Shown: piece after piece, positions 37,399-46,394 of the stretch | Layout: each line of letters begins with the position of its first letter | Numbering within the stretch: the stretch's first letter is position 1 | NCBI GenBank assembly: GCA_023485925.1 | Contig: JAMDAJ010000059.1 | Span: 1-46,394, forward strand | Reading direction: 5' to 3' | Length of the DNA stretch: 46,394 nucleotides | DNA from: Patescibacteria group bacterium | GTDB lineage: Bacteria; Patescibacteriota; Doudnabacteria; UBA920; 2-01-FULL-50-11 | Program-made: the position numbers and the translations under genes | The notes under the pieces: generated by a model | Databases searched by the model: none | What the model saw: only the letters and a program-made list of their open reading frames with translations | What the model was told of the DNA's origin: nothing

Positions 37399-38562
37399 TT
37401 AACTCTGCGTGTTTACCTGCCGGTACAATTCCATCGTCTCTTGCGCGCACTTTTCCCAAGAAAACTCCGACGCTCGCTTTCGCCCGCGGGCTTTTAGATC
37501 TTCCCGCAGTTTCAGATCCCGCAAAGTCTTATGGACGGCCCGGGCCAAACCGTCGATATCCAGTGGGTCCACTAAAATGGCCGCTCCGCCGGACACTTCC
37601 GCAAGCGCCGAGGTGTTTGAAGTGACCACGGGCACGCCGGCTGAAAACGCCTCCAATATCGGCAGGCCAAAACCCTCGTAAAGCGAAGGATAAACGAACG
37701 ATTCGGCCGTGGCGTAAAATTTCGGCACATCCTCGGCCGGCAAATACCCCGTAAAAACCACGCAGCTTTCCAAATGACGCGATTTCACTTCCTCGTAAAT
37801 TTCCTTGTACAGCCAGCCGGGCGAACCGGCCAAAACCAGTTGATATTGTTTGAGGAACTGGGGGTCCTGTTTTGAAAGCAGATACACCGCCTCCAACAGC
37901 CGGATAAGGTTCTTCCTCGGCTCTAAAGTTCCAACAAAAAGCAGAAAAGATTTTTTTATCCGGTACTTCTGTCGCAGATATTCGCGCGTCGCGTCCGGAT
38001 CCGTTTCCTGATTGAAGCGCTGATGATCAACCCCCTCATAAATCACCTGCACGCGCTCGTCCGGTATCTTGAAGAAATCCAGAACATCCTTCTTGGTTGA
38101 CTCCGAGACCGCGATAACCTTGCGCGCCCGGTTGAGACTTTTCGGCACGAGGTATTTGATGGAAAATCCCTGCCGGCTGGGAAAAATGCCTGGGTCGCGA
38201 TAGATGGCCAGATCGTGGATGGTCACCACGTACTTCCCCTTGTAACCTAAGGGCACCACATTTGCCGGCGAATGATAAATGTCGAGTTTTTCGGCGGTCA
38301 GATTTGACGCAGCCAGAATGTGGGAATAGAGATAGGGCAAATATTTTTTGTATTCGGAATAGGTGAAAAAACGGATGACGGTGTTTGGTTCCAAAAAATC
38401 CCGGTAAATATTCTTGGCACGGTGATCAAAGAACAGCATAAACTCGTCCGCGCGGTTCAGCCGCAAGAGCGCTTTCACCAGATGATAAGTATAGTGAGCA
38501 ATGCCGGCCTTTTCGCCGGCAGAGGGATTGAGAATAGTGCGACAATCGATTCCGATACGCAT
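37399..38562 (-). CDS. Glycosyltransferase family 4
   Basis: MRIGID, VTIHDL, GTLEPRKN, PSLYEGFGLPILEA. Confidence 0.93.
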   Translation of the reverse strand: MRIGIDCRTILNPSAGEKAGIAHYTYHLVKALLRLNRADEFMLFFDHRAKNIYRDFLEPNTVIRFFTYSEYKKYLPYLYSHILAASNLTAEKLDIYHSPANVVPLGYKGKYVVTIHDLAIYRDPGIFPSRQGFSIKYLVPKSLNRARKVIAVSESTKKDVLDFFKIPDERVQVIYEGVDHQRFNQETDPDATREYLRQKYRIKKSFLLFVGTLEPRKNLIRLLEAVYLLSKQDPQFLKQYQLVLAGSPGWLYKEIYEEVKSRHLESCVVFTGYLPAEDVPKFYATAESFVYPSLYEGFGLPILEAFSAGVPVVTSNTSALAEVSGGAAILVDPLDIDGLARAVHKTLRDLKLREDLKARGRKRASEFSWEKCAQETMELYRQVNTQS

Positions 38563-38701
38563 AACTACTTCAGAAAAAGATCAAATGACTAAGAAATTCA
38601 TGACAAAATTTTGAGTCCGGCCCCGAAGTGAACTTTGGCTTGGAATTTTTGGCGTAGCCGGCCAAAGTTCTACTGCGGAGTCGATTCCGATACGCACAAC
38701 T
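38546..38701. repeat. 21-bp direct repeat (1 mismatch) duplicating the glycosyltransferase start
   Basis: tcgattccgatacgca(t/c)aact at 38546-38566 and 38681-38701. Confidence 0.85.
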
Positions 38702-38777
38702 TGATACGAATTAACAAGAAATCCTTCAACTTTCCGCCTTAGGCGGGTCGCCCGGGATGACCGCGGTTTCACCGCGG

Positions 38778-40490
38778 TCACATTTCTTCCGGCGCCGTGA
38801 TACCTAAAAGACCAAGGCCGTTTTTTAAAACCTGCGCCACACTTTGGGTCAAAGCGACCTTGTGAGGAGAGGCGGGATCCTTTGCGTCAACGATCTGGAC
38901 TTCACCGTAAAATTTGTTGAAAGCGGCCGCCAAATCCAATAAATACTTAGCGAGCAGATTGGGCGCGTATGCTTGCCCCGCTCTTTCCACGACTTCTGAA
39001 AAATGCAGCAACATCCTGGCCACTTCGACCCCTTCGGCCCGGGGAGAAATTTTCGCTTTGACCTTTGCCTGCGCGGCTTTTTTAACTACCGACCGAGCCC
39101 GCGCGTGCGTGTACTGCAGATACGGACCGGAATCGCCGGTAAAGGCCAGGGACTTATCGAAATCGAAAATAATATCGCGGCCGGTGTCTTGGCGGAGGAT
39201 GGAATATTTCAAAGCGCCAATGGCAACGACCTCGGCGATATTTTCTTTTTGCGCCTCCGTTAATCCTTCTTTGGTGATTTTTCCCAACACTTTCTGCTTG
39301 ATCTCGGCAAGCAGCGCCTCGGCGGTAATGACCTTGCCGGTGCGGGAGGACATTTTACCGGCGGGCAGCCGCAACATTCCGTGCGGCATATGCAAAGTTT
39401 TTTCGGAGATGTCGGGAAAAATCAGACTCATAACCTTAAGCAATACTTTAAAGTAATCTTTTATCTCGTTACCGGTGACGATGATTGACCGACTTAATTT
39501 CGGCTCGACCTCGAATTTTCTGCGATTTAAACCCAGCTCCTTTGCTTCGTAAGTCGGCAGGCCGTTGGAATTGATAAAAACGCGGGTATGCAAGCCATAT
39601 TTTTCGCCCCGGAAGATCACGGCACCCTGGCTCTTTTCAAAAATACCGTCCTGCAAATGCGCCTCGACAATATCCTTGCCCTCGACGCCTTCTTTGCTTT
39701 CAAAAAAATAGTGGTCGAATTTCGTGCCCAAACGCCGATACATCCGTTCGAACTCACGCAAAGACACCTTGCGACCAGCGTCGTAAACCTGGTTGAGCTT
39801 TTTATCATCGCGAGCGAAAAGATGCTGGTTCATCTCCGTAATGGCCTGCTTGACCTTCTCATCCTCCTTGGCCCGGCGGGCGCCGTGAGCGTAAGCTTTA
39901 CCAAGCTCAGCCGCCGTCAAAGTTTTGAGCTCCAAACTTAAATCCAGCATGCCCCAAACAGCGGTTGCCACATGAATGCCCACGTCCCCCTGCCAATTCG
40001 CTCGGACCACCTTTGCGCCGTTGGCTGCGATGATGCGAGCAACGGCCTCGCCGATGGCGTTGCTCATCAAATGCCCGACGTGGAACTCCTTAAAAGGATT
40101 GGGGTCGGTGTATTCCGCCATCACTTTTTGTCCATGGAGGACTTTCAAACTGCCATAATTGTCCCCCGCTTTCAGGATACGACCCAAATTGGCATTAAGT
40201 TCTTTTTCCGACAGGCGAAAGTTGATAAAACCGCCGGCGGGGAAAATTTCGGCAAACCGCCCGGACTTATCCAGTTTTTTTAGCTCCCCGGCCAACTCCG
40301 CAGCCACCTCGACAGGTTTCCTTTTCAAAATTTTGGCCAAAACCAAAGGCGCGCTCACCGCATAATCGCCAAAACGCGGGTCAGGCACCGTCACTGCGAC
40401 CGCAGCGTTAACAAGTGCAATTTTCAGGTTGGAAAAAGCCGCTTTTAAAAGCTGCTCCAAATAACTTTTTGGGTCAAAATAAGTCACCAT
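38778..40490 (-). CDS. argS: Arginine--tRNA ligase
   Basis: EYTDPNPFKEFHVGH, KMSSRTG, GPYLQYTHAR, ends PEEM. Confidence 0.97.
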   Translation of the reverse strand: MVTYFDPKSYLEQLLKAAFSNLKIALVNAAVAVTVPDPRFGDYAVSAPLVLAKILKRKPVEVAAELAGELKKLDKSGRFAEIFPAGGFINFRLSEKELNANLGRILKAGDNYGSLKVLHGQKVMAEYTDPNPFKEFHVGHLMSNAIGEAVARIIAANGAKVVRANWQGDVGIHVATAVWGMLDLSLELKTLTAAELGKAYAHGARRAKEDEKVKQAITEMNQHLFARDDKKLNQVYDAGRKVSLREFERMYRRLGTKFDHYFFESKEGVEGKDIVEAHLQDGIFEKSQGAVIFRGEKYGLHTRVFINSNGLPTYEAKELGLNRRKFEVEPKLSRSIIVTGNEIKDYFKVLLKVMSLIFPDISEKTLHMPHGMLRLPAGKMSSRTGKVITAEALLAEIKQKVLGKITKEGLTEAQKENIAEVVAIGALKYSILRQDTGRDIIFDFDKSLAFTGDSGPYLQYTHARARSVVKKAAQAKVKAKISPRAEGVEVARMLLHFSEVVERAGQAYAPNLLAKYLLDLAAAFNKFYGEVQIVDAKDPASPHKVALTQSVAQVLKNGLGLLGITAPEEM

Positions 40491-40551
40491 ATCTACCTAC
40501 TATTATAACACAAAAAAAGCCGACCGGCTGATAGCGGCAATCCCGGCCTTT

Positions 40552-40560
40552 TGGTACAAT
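40552..40560 (+). promoter_or_regulatory. Extended -10; likely leaderless smpB transcript
   Basis: tggTACAAT ends 6 nt before the ATG; no SD sequence. Confidence 0.5.
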
Positions 40561-40566
40561 TACTCC

Positions 40567-41025
40567 ATGAAAATACTGGCAAAAAACCGACGCGCATTTT
40601 TCGACTATGAAATTGGCGAAAAACTCGAGGCCGGTTTGGTATTATCGGGGCAGGAAGTCAAAGCCGTAAAATCGGGACAAGTAAGCTTAGCCGGCAGCTA
40701 CGCCCGCGTGCATAATGGTGAAGCTGCGCTGGTCAACGCCACCATCAAACCGTACCAGTACGCGTCCAATCTTGGAAACTACGAACCGACGGGTTCCCGG
40801 CGGCTGCTTTTACATAAACACGAACTGCTAAAACTTTCCAGCCGGCTGAACGAAAAAGGCCTCACTTTAGTACCGCTGGAACTTTATACGAAAAAAGGGC
40901 TTATCAAAGTGAGTTTAGGCGTGGGCCGCTCCAAAAAGCGCGTCGACAAGCGCGAGACCATCAAACGCCGCGAACTGCAAAAACAAATCGAGCGCGCCAC
41001 GAAAAAAGTAGTTCAAAAATCCTGA
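40567..41025 (+). CDS. smpB: SsrA-binding protein
   Basis: NRRA.FDY, EAGLVL.G.EVK, R.LLLHK.E, DKRETIK. Confidence 0.97.
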   Translation: MKILAKNRRAFFDYEIGEKLEAGLVLSGQEVKAVKSGQVSLAGSYARVHNGEAALVNATIKPYQYASNLGNYEPTGSRRLLLHKHELLKLSSRLNEKGLTLVPLELYTKKGLIKVSLGVGRSKKRVDKRETIKRRELQKQIERATKKVVQKS

Positions 41026-41156
41026 TTCAAAAGAACAACCGACCGTCCGGACTTCTGTCGGATTTTTTTCGGCTCACAAAAAAGTCACAATATTAAAATC
41101 ACTCCCGCCGCTGCCGAATAACATTGAACCGCCCGACCAATAATTATCGCCTCAAT

Positions 41157-41181
41157 TATACGACCGTATATTTTATATGTC
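41157..41181. repeat. 25-bp direct repeat, copy A (downstream of the PaaX/Cas2-like gene)
   Basis: tatacgaccgtatattttatatgtc. Confidence 0.95.
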
Positions 41182-41194
41182 TGGGGCAAAACGA

Positions 41195-41755
41195 TCAAAT
41201 CTTGAAATGTTTCCGCAATATTTCCTCTCCTTCCAAAACCCTAGACTCAAAAATATACAACTGGCCGGGAGCAAGCTTGTAATGTTCGCGCAATACCTCT
41301 ATCGCTTCCCTGCATGGATAGGGATGGATGTAAACGCTTTTCTGAACGTTTGAAAATCCGAGCTCCACTAATTTGTTCCTGACTAAATCCCGGCGACTGT
41401 GAAGGCTCTCGGGAACGTCGAACATCACCAGCCGCCACAATCCGTCCCAGCGCGACGGTTTTGCTATCTTTAAATCGCCCATACGGTATTTTAGCACTTG
41501 CCCTCTTCCCTTTTCCGTAAGCACTAACCGCACGACGCTTTTTTGCCTTTCGATTCTTACCATTCCCCTGCGCTGCAAATCCAAAAATGCCCTTCGGGAT
41601 GTCTGGCGACGTTGGCCGACCGCCTTGTCAACCCAATCCAAAACCAATGCCATACCAGGAAAGACGATTACTGACCCCACAACGGCGGCTGCGGCAAGCG
41701 ACATCAAAACCGCTTTAGCCACCGATTGAGTTTTGATTTTTGCGTCTTTTTTCAT
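41195..41755 (-). CDS. PaaX-like protein (winged helix + Cas2-like ferredoxin domain)
   Basis: LTEKG wHTH wing; WDG.WRLVMFDVPE...RD..R..L..LGF..VQKSV. Confidence 0.8.
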   Translation of the reverse strand: MKKDAKIKTQSVAKAVLMSLAAAAVVGSVIVFPGMALVLDWVDKAVGQRRQTSRRAFLDLQRRGMVRIERQKSVVRLVLTEKGRGQVLKYRMGDLKIAKPSRWDGLWRLVMFDVPESLHSRRDLVRNKLVELGFSNVQKSVYIHPYPCREAIEVLREHYKLAPGQLYIFESRVLEGEEILRKHFKI

Positions 41756-41773
41756 AAAATTATAGACATCTAC

Positions 41774-41802
41774 AGTATACGACCGTATATTTTATATGTC
41801 AA
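41774..41802 (-). promoter_or_regulatory. Sigma70 promoter overlapping 25-bp repeat copy B (41776-41800)
   Basis: Minus strand TTGACA-17bp-TATACT. Confidence 0.75.
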
Positions 41803-41911
41803 AACAACTTGCCAGTCCGGTCATAAGCTGGCAGCCTCCGCAACTTTAACTCTATATGTTCGCTGTTTGCCAATGATACCAAAGAAACAAAAGACGCCGG
41901 GGGACTCGGCG

Positions 41912-42298
41912 TCAATCTTTCAGATCGTCCTCAGTGATGTCGCGCTCCTCAAAGGCTTGGAAATACTTACAGTAGTTCTCTAGCCATGGATCATCGATGC
42001 TCCCATTGACATGTTGCAGGACCGGGAGGATGTTAAACCGCATCCAGGGAAGCGAAGGCTCGTGGTGAGGAGCCTGAAGCAGCAAGCGGATGTGGAAAAA
42101 AATATCGTACAACAGCCAGGGGCTAAAGTAAGACAGCCGAGGCCCGAGAAGCCCTGTGACCCACGTCACCACCTTCTGTTCGTTAAGCCCGCGACGGTTG
42201 CGGGTCTTGCGGTTTCCATGGCGGCTGTCGATGACAGCCAGCACGTCCAGAGCGAGCAGTAATCTGTCGCCCGTCATAAGGAGCATTTTTTTGTGCAT
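41912..42298 (-). CDS. Hypothetical protein
   Basis: ATG preceded by AGGAGG; hairpin after the stop. Confidence 0.5.
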   Translation of the reverse strand: MHKKMLLMTGDRLLLALDVLAVIDSRHGNRKTRNRRGLNEQKVVTWVTGLLGPRLSYFSPWLLYDIFFHIRLLLQAPHHEPSLPWMRFNILPVLQHVNGSIDDPWLENYCKYFQAFEERDITEDDLKD

Positions 42299-42356
42299 GG
42301 CCCCTCCTATAAATACGAAAATACAGTTTAGTTGTTTTCAGACTTTAAGTCAATAG

Positions 42357-42390
42357 AAAAAACCCCGACTCGTTGCAGCGCCGGGGTTTT
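42357..42390 (-). terminator. Intrinsic terminator after the ABC operon
   Basis: aaaaaaccccg...cggggtttt. Confidence 0.55.
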
Positions 42391-42406
42391 ATGCAAGCAA
42401 ACGATT

Positions 42407-43153
42407 TTAGATTTGTATCTTGGAGAAAAGATAACTTCCCGCGGCCAAAAATATTAAGGTCACGACGGCTAAAACCGAGGTGTCCAAACCCAAGCCGAAC
42501 ACGCCCTGATTCAAAAGCAGCTCCCGCAGGGCATCGATGCCGTACGAAAGCGGGTCGAACTTGGTGACCAAGGATAGCGCCGCGGGCAAACCGGACAGCG
42601 GAAACAGCGCGCCGGAAAGAAAAAACAGCGGCATGACCAAAAAATTCATGATCAACTGAAAACCCTGCATATCGGAAAGCACCGAAGCGATGGCTGTGCC
42701 CAAAGCCGTGAACAACACCGCGACCAAAAACATCACCAAAACCGCCGGCAGCATCAGGGCCCAATTATAAGGCCGAAAACCCGGAATTAAGGCCAGCAAA
42801 AACACCACCACGCCCTGCAAAGTGGCGATGGTGGCGCCGCCCAGAGTGCGGCCGATCATAATGTTAAAGCGGGATACCGGCGCCACCATGGTCTCTTTTA
42901 AAAAGCCAAACTGCCGGTCCCAGATAACCTGGACGCCGGAGAAAACGGCGGTAAAAATAATGCTCATGCCCACGATGCCCGGCGCCAAAAAGTTGATGTA
43001 ATTCCCCTCGCCGGCGCGCTGAAAAACCGAGCCCATGCCGTAACCTAAAGCGAGAAGAAACAATAATGGCTGCCCCAAACTCCCCACGATCCGCGATTTG
43101 GACCGCCAGTAACGCTTCAGTTCCCGCAGCCACATGATATATATAGTAGACAT
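42407..43153 (-). CDS. ABC-2 type exporter permease (DrrB-like)
   Basis: Six TM helices; DRQFGFLKE..VAP, FLSGALFP, PLSY.ID. Confidence 0.92.
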   Translation of the reverse strand: MSTIYIMWLRELKRYWRSKSRIVGSLGQPLLFLLALGYGMGSVFQRAGEGNYINFLAPGIVGMSIIFTAVFSGVQVIWDRQFGFLKETMVAPVSRFNIMIGRTLGGATIATLQGVVVFLLALIPGFRPYNWALMLPAVLVMFLVAVLFTALGTAIASVLSDMQGFQLIMNFLVMPLFFLSGALFPLSGLPAALSLVTKFDPLSYGIDALRELLLNQGVFGLGLDTSVLAVVTLIFLAAGSYLFSKIQI

Positions 43154-43159
43154 AAATTA

Positions 43160-43960
43160 TTATCTCCTCCCCCTCCAAACCTGATGCCGCATGCGCATCT
43201 GGTCAGCGGCGCCGGCTTCCTCGTCGCGGATGGTGCTGCCGGTGAGTTTTAAAAACGCCTCTTCCAAAGATGTGGTCTGTGTTTCACCGAGCAGCTCTTC
43301 AAGTTTGCCGATGGCAATTATCCGGCCGTGATCGATGATGGCGATACGCTGTGCGATTTTCGCCGCCTCCTCCATATAATGCGTGGTGAAAAAAACCGTG
43401 ACGCCCTCTTCTTTGTTGAGTTTCTGCAAATAAGTCCACATGCTATTTCTCGTCTGCGGGTCCAGGCCCAAGGTCGGCTCGTCCAAAAACATCACTTTGG
43501 GATGATGCAAAAGCCCGCGGGCAATCTCCAGGCGCCTTTTCATGCCGCCGGAAAACTGCTTGACCAGACTTTTGCGGCGGTCCCACAGCTCCACAAAGTT
43601 CATCAGTTCTTCGATGCGGCGCCTCCGCAATTTTTTTTCGACGCCGTAAAGTACGCCGTGAAATTCCATATTCTCCCAGGCGGTGAGCTCATCGTCTAAA
43701 CTTGGGTCCTGAAACACGATGCCGAAAGACCGCCGCACCAAGCCCGGCGAGTTAACGGGGTTATAGCCGTTCAGCCGGACGCTGCCCGAGGTGGACGCAA
43801 GCAGCGTGGTCAGCATCTTGATAGTGGTGGATTTGCCGGCGCCGTTGGGCCCCAAAAAAGCAAAAATCTCACCGGGCTTCACGGTGAAAGAAATGTTGTC
43901 GACGGCGGCAAAATCGCCGAACCGTTTAGTGAGCTCTAAGACTTCTATGATGTTATCCAT
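43160..43960 (-). CDS. ABC exporter ATP-binding protein (DrrA-like)
   Basis: GPNGAGKST, FSGGM, LDEPT.GLD, TTHYMEEA. Confidence 0.95.
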   Translation of the reverse strand: MDNIIEVLELTKRFGDFAAVDNISFTVKPGEIFAFLGPNGAGKSTTIKMLTTLLASTSGSVRLNGYNPVNSPGLVRRSFGIVFQDPSLDDELTAWENMEFHGVLYGVEKKLRRRRIEELMNFVELWDRRKSLVKQFSGGMKRRLEIARGLLHHPKVMFLDEPTLGLDPQTRNSMWTYLQKLNKEEGVTVFFTTHYMEEAAKIAQRIAIIDHGRIIAIGKLEELLGETQTTSLEEAFLKLTGSTIRDEEAGAADQMRMRHQVWRGRR

Positions 43961-44069
43961 GTATTAGGCATCATAACAAAACTACGTCCATACGGCTAGA
44001 TGCGGTGCAAAAAAGGCAACGAAGAAAAAACCACGTGATTTTAGTTCAGACCATCTAATATCCAATTTA

Positions 44070-44098
44070 TTGACAAATCTGCCAAAATTTTATAAACT
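44070..44098 (+). promoter_or_regulatory. Sigma70 promoter of tmRNA
   Basis: TTGACA-17bp-TAAACT. Confidence 0.75.
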
Positions 44099-44109
44099 TA
44101 TCCCACTGT

Positions 44110-44484
44110 GGGGCTGTTAAGTTTCGACAGTCGCTCCTTAAAATCTGCTGCAAGCAAGCGCCGCCGCAAGCGTTAATTGCGGCATCGAACAAATGCTAAC
44201 TCATTTGTTTCAAAAGTGAAGGCGGCTTTCATGCCGGCCTTTGCTCCGGCCGTAGCTTAAATACGACTGGCGTCAAATCGCCCCACTCCGATAAGACGAG
44301 GCGACGTATCATCTTCGGACCGCGCTTTGGCTTTCCGTGAGTTGAAGTGGCGGAAGTTATCACGGATCGGACTTTCGGCATTTTGTCGGCTTTAAACTGA
44401 AGGTTCTAAACATTAAAACCGGCTAGGCTTGTAGACGCGGATTTTTTGGACCTCTGGACGCGGGTGCGATTCCCGCCAGCTCCA
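44110..44484 (+). ncRNA. ssrA: tmRNA
   Basis: GGGGCTG...TTCGAC 5' end; 3' GCGGG-TGCGATT-CCCGC-CAGCTCC-A with G3-U70 pair; tag ORF 44195-44260 ANSFVSKVKAAFMPAFAPAVA*; smpB 3 kb away. Confidence 0.93.
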
Positions 44485-44636
44485 ATTTGATATAACTTAG
44501 CACAACTTACGCTAACTTAGCATAAGTTAGCTTCCTTTAGAGGCCGATTTATTCGGCTTTTTGAGTACGGTTACAAATGGATTGCTAAGATTAACGATGA
44601 TTTGACAATCATAACTATCCGCGATAATATCGAGAT

Positions 44637-44873
44637 ATGAAAAAGAAAGTTGTAAAGAAACAAATAACTTTGGACACATTGGCAGGCATGGTTGCCGGTG
44701 GTTTTTCTGATATGGACAGACGGTTTGTAAAAATTGAGGAAAGGCTTTTAAGTGTTGAACAAGGACAGGAAGAAATCAAGCTAAAGCTGGACAATGTCGC
44801 TTACCGTTTTGAAGTGCAGGAATTACAGCGCAGAGTTGCATTGCTGGAAAGGAAAGCGGGCATTTCTCGGTAA
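44637..44873 (+). CDS. Small coiled-coil hypothetical protein
   Basis: LA.MV..GF followed by heptad pattern; TTGACA at ~44602 upstream. Confidence 0.7.
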   Translation: MKKKVVKKQITLDTLAGMVAGGFSDMDRRFVKIEERLLSVEQGQEEIKLKLDNVAYRFEVQELQRRVALLERKAGISR

Positions 44874-44932
44874 TTCGAAATGTCTTTTGTCGAAGGGGCT
44901 AATGGTAAGTTGAAAAGGGGTAATAGACAAAC

Positions 44933-46394
44933 GTGAGAGGGGAGGTAAAAAAATTATCGTTCAAGCAGTACATACCGTTTTTTTGTTTGACCGCAATAGG
45001 CGGTTTTTTGTTGCTTCCGCACCATACCCAAGCCGCCCTCACCCTTCCCGCCACCGCCTGCGACCAACAGCAGATCGACTTTCAGATCTATTACGTCAAC
45101 GGCCACCTGACCGACACCAGTCAGCGGGAGGACGGTACCCGGGCCTTTGACTACGGCGCCAGCGGCCAGCCGTTCGTTTCGGCAGATGCAAACGGCGTCG
45201 TCACCTTCAATTTTCACACTTTGTTCACTGCTCCCACCAGTACCACTAGCTATGTCAAGCTGATGGGCTTTTCCGCCGACTGCGCCCCCATCTACGGCCT
45301 GGGCCCGGCTTTCACTAATCCCGTTTCTCCCGGGGATCACGCGTTAATCTACGCCGATAACGGCCACACCGTCACGCTGGACGGCGCAACTCAAATTCAA
45401 TATCCCTCCGGCACCGCCCGCTACATCTGGATCGAAGCCTGGGACGGCGTCCCCGGCTCTTCCGCCGCTTCCTATTCCTATCTCGTGGACTTGCAGGATA
45501 TAAAGAATCCGGTGGATGATTCCACGCCGCCCGAGCCAAGCAGTAAGCGGCCGGTATTGATTGTGCCGGGCCTGGGTGGCACTGACTTGTATTACAACGA
45601 CCAGCTTTCCTGGCCGGATTTAGTGAGGATGTTTGAGTCAAACGATACTTTCCTTCTCAACGAATTATCATTAGATTCGGAGGGCCACAGCCAGGACGCG
45701 GTTAGTTTGGGGGATATAAATAGAAAGACGTCATTGTCTGTAGGTGGAATTACAATATTTGAGCAGAATATTTTTCAGGGCTTACTGGATACGTTAGAGG
45801 CCAACGGGTACGCCGCAGAAGAGACCTATTTCGTTTTCCCCTACGATTGGCGTCTAGACTTGGACAACAGCCTGGATTCATTAAACAACAAAATTGGGCA
45901 AATAAAAATTTTGACCGGTTTTGATTCCGTGGACGTTGTCGCGCACAGCATGGGCGGGCTGCTGGTCAAAGATTACCTCCAAACTTACGGCAAAGACAGC
46001 GTGAATAAGCTTATCTTTGTTGGCACTCCACACTTGGGTGCTCCGAAAGCCGGCAAAACGCTTTTGGAAGGCGATAATTTCGATATCCATATTCTCAACA
46101 ATGGCGTGATGAAGGATTTGGCAGAAAATTATCCAGCGGTCTATGAACTCTTGCCAACTCAGAAATATTTCGATCAGTTCACGGGCTACATCACAAAATA
46201 TGGATTTTTATCAACCCCGCCGCCTTTGGACTACGGCCAAACTAAGGAGTTTCTTTTGAATGAGAGAAATCTAAACTCAATTATGTATGCCAAAGCTGAA
46301 ACCCTGTTTTCTAAAAATCTTCAGGATATGGATTTTTCCGGTCTAGACGTATACAACATTGCTGGTTGCAAAACGTCCACGCAAAGCGCTTACC
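44933..46394 (+). CDS. Exported alpha/beta hydrolase (LCAT/PGAP1-like lipase/acyltransferase), 3' truncated
   Basis: Not in the ORF track because there is no stop. Frame 2 from GTG: signal peptide, KRPVLIVPGLGGT, PYDWR, VAHSMGGL, GTPHLGAPKA. Confidence 0.85.
   Translation, partial: MRGEVKKLSFKQYIPFFCLTAIGGFLLLPHHTQAALTLPATACDQQQIDFQIYYVNGHLTDTSQREDGTRAFDYGASGQPFVSADANGVVTFNFHTLFTAPTSTTSYVKLMGFSADCAPIYGLGPAFTNPVSPGDHALIYADNGHTVTLDGATQIQYPSGTARYIWIEAWDGVPGSSAASYSYLVDLQDIKNPVDDSTPPEPSSKRPVLIVPGLGGTDLYYNDQLSWPDLVRMFESNDTFLLNELSLDSEGHSQDAVSLGDINRKTSLSVGGITIFEQNIFQGLLDTLEANGYAAEETYFVFPYDWRLDLDNSLDSLNNKIGQIKILTGFDSVDVVAHSMGGLLVKDYLQTYGKDSVNKLIFVGTPHLGAPKAGKTLLEGDNFDIHILNNGVMKDLAENYPAVYELLPTQKYFDQFTGYITKYGFLSTPPPLDYGQTKEFLLNERNLNSIMYAKAETLFSKNLQDMDFSGLDVYNIAGCKTSTQSAY

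Noticed and set aside
41157..41800. CRISPR array or CRISPR-Cas locus
   Set aside because: Only two repeats, separated by a whole gene; no cas1 or effector genes.
44954..46090. Minus-strand ORFs 44954-45340, 45372-45641 and 45881-46090
   Set aside because: Shadows of the plus-strand hydrolase ORF.

Overview
Chromosomal segment that looks like a Patescibacteria/CPR (Parcubacteria-like) genome. This is inferred from gene content, tRNA-Arg(GCG), the long tmRNA tag and the small palindromic repeats; it is not proven. Housekeeping and recombination genes: comF (5' truncated), recG, radA, recO, rsmA, ileS, argS, smpB, tmRNA and three intact tRNAs. Other blocks: a small accessory enzyme cluster, an ECF sigma/anti-sigma pair, cell-wall proteins, an ABC-2 exporter, a lipase-like ORF running off the right edge, and a ~14 kb minus-strand VirB4/PrgI/VirB6-like (T4SS-like) cluster with no relaxase in the window. 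The most unusual signals are: (1) a complete tRNA-Ser(TGA) nested inside the anticodon loop of a second, interrupted tRNA-Ser(TGA); (2) an adjacent, unidentified ~290-nt structured minus-strand RNA candidate; (3) a perfect 29-bp inverted repeat inside comF whose spacer is open in both orientations; (4) a PaaX/Cas2-like gene bracketed by an identical 25-bp promoter/operator repeat; (5) many small palindromic elements at gene junctions, some nested and some inside coding sequences. All calls were made by eye without database searches.
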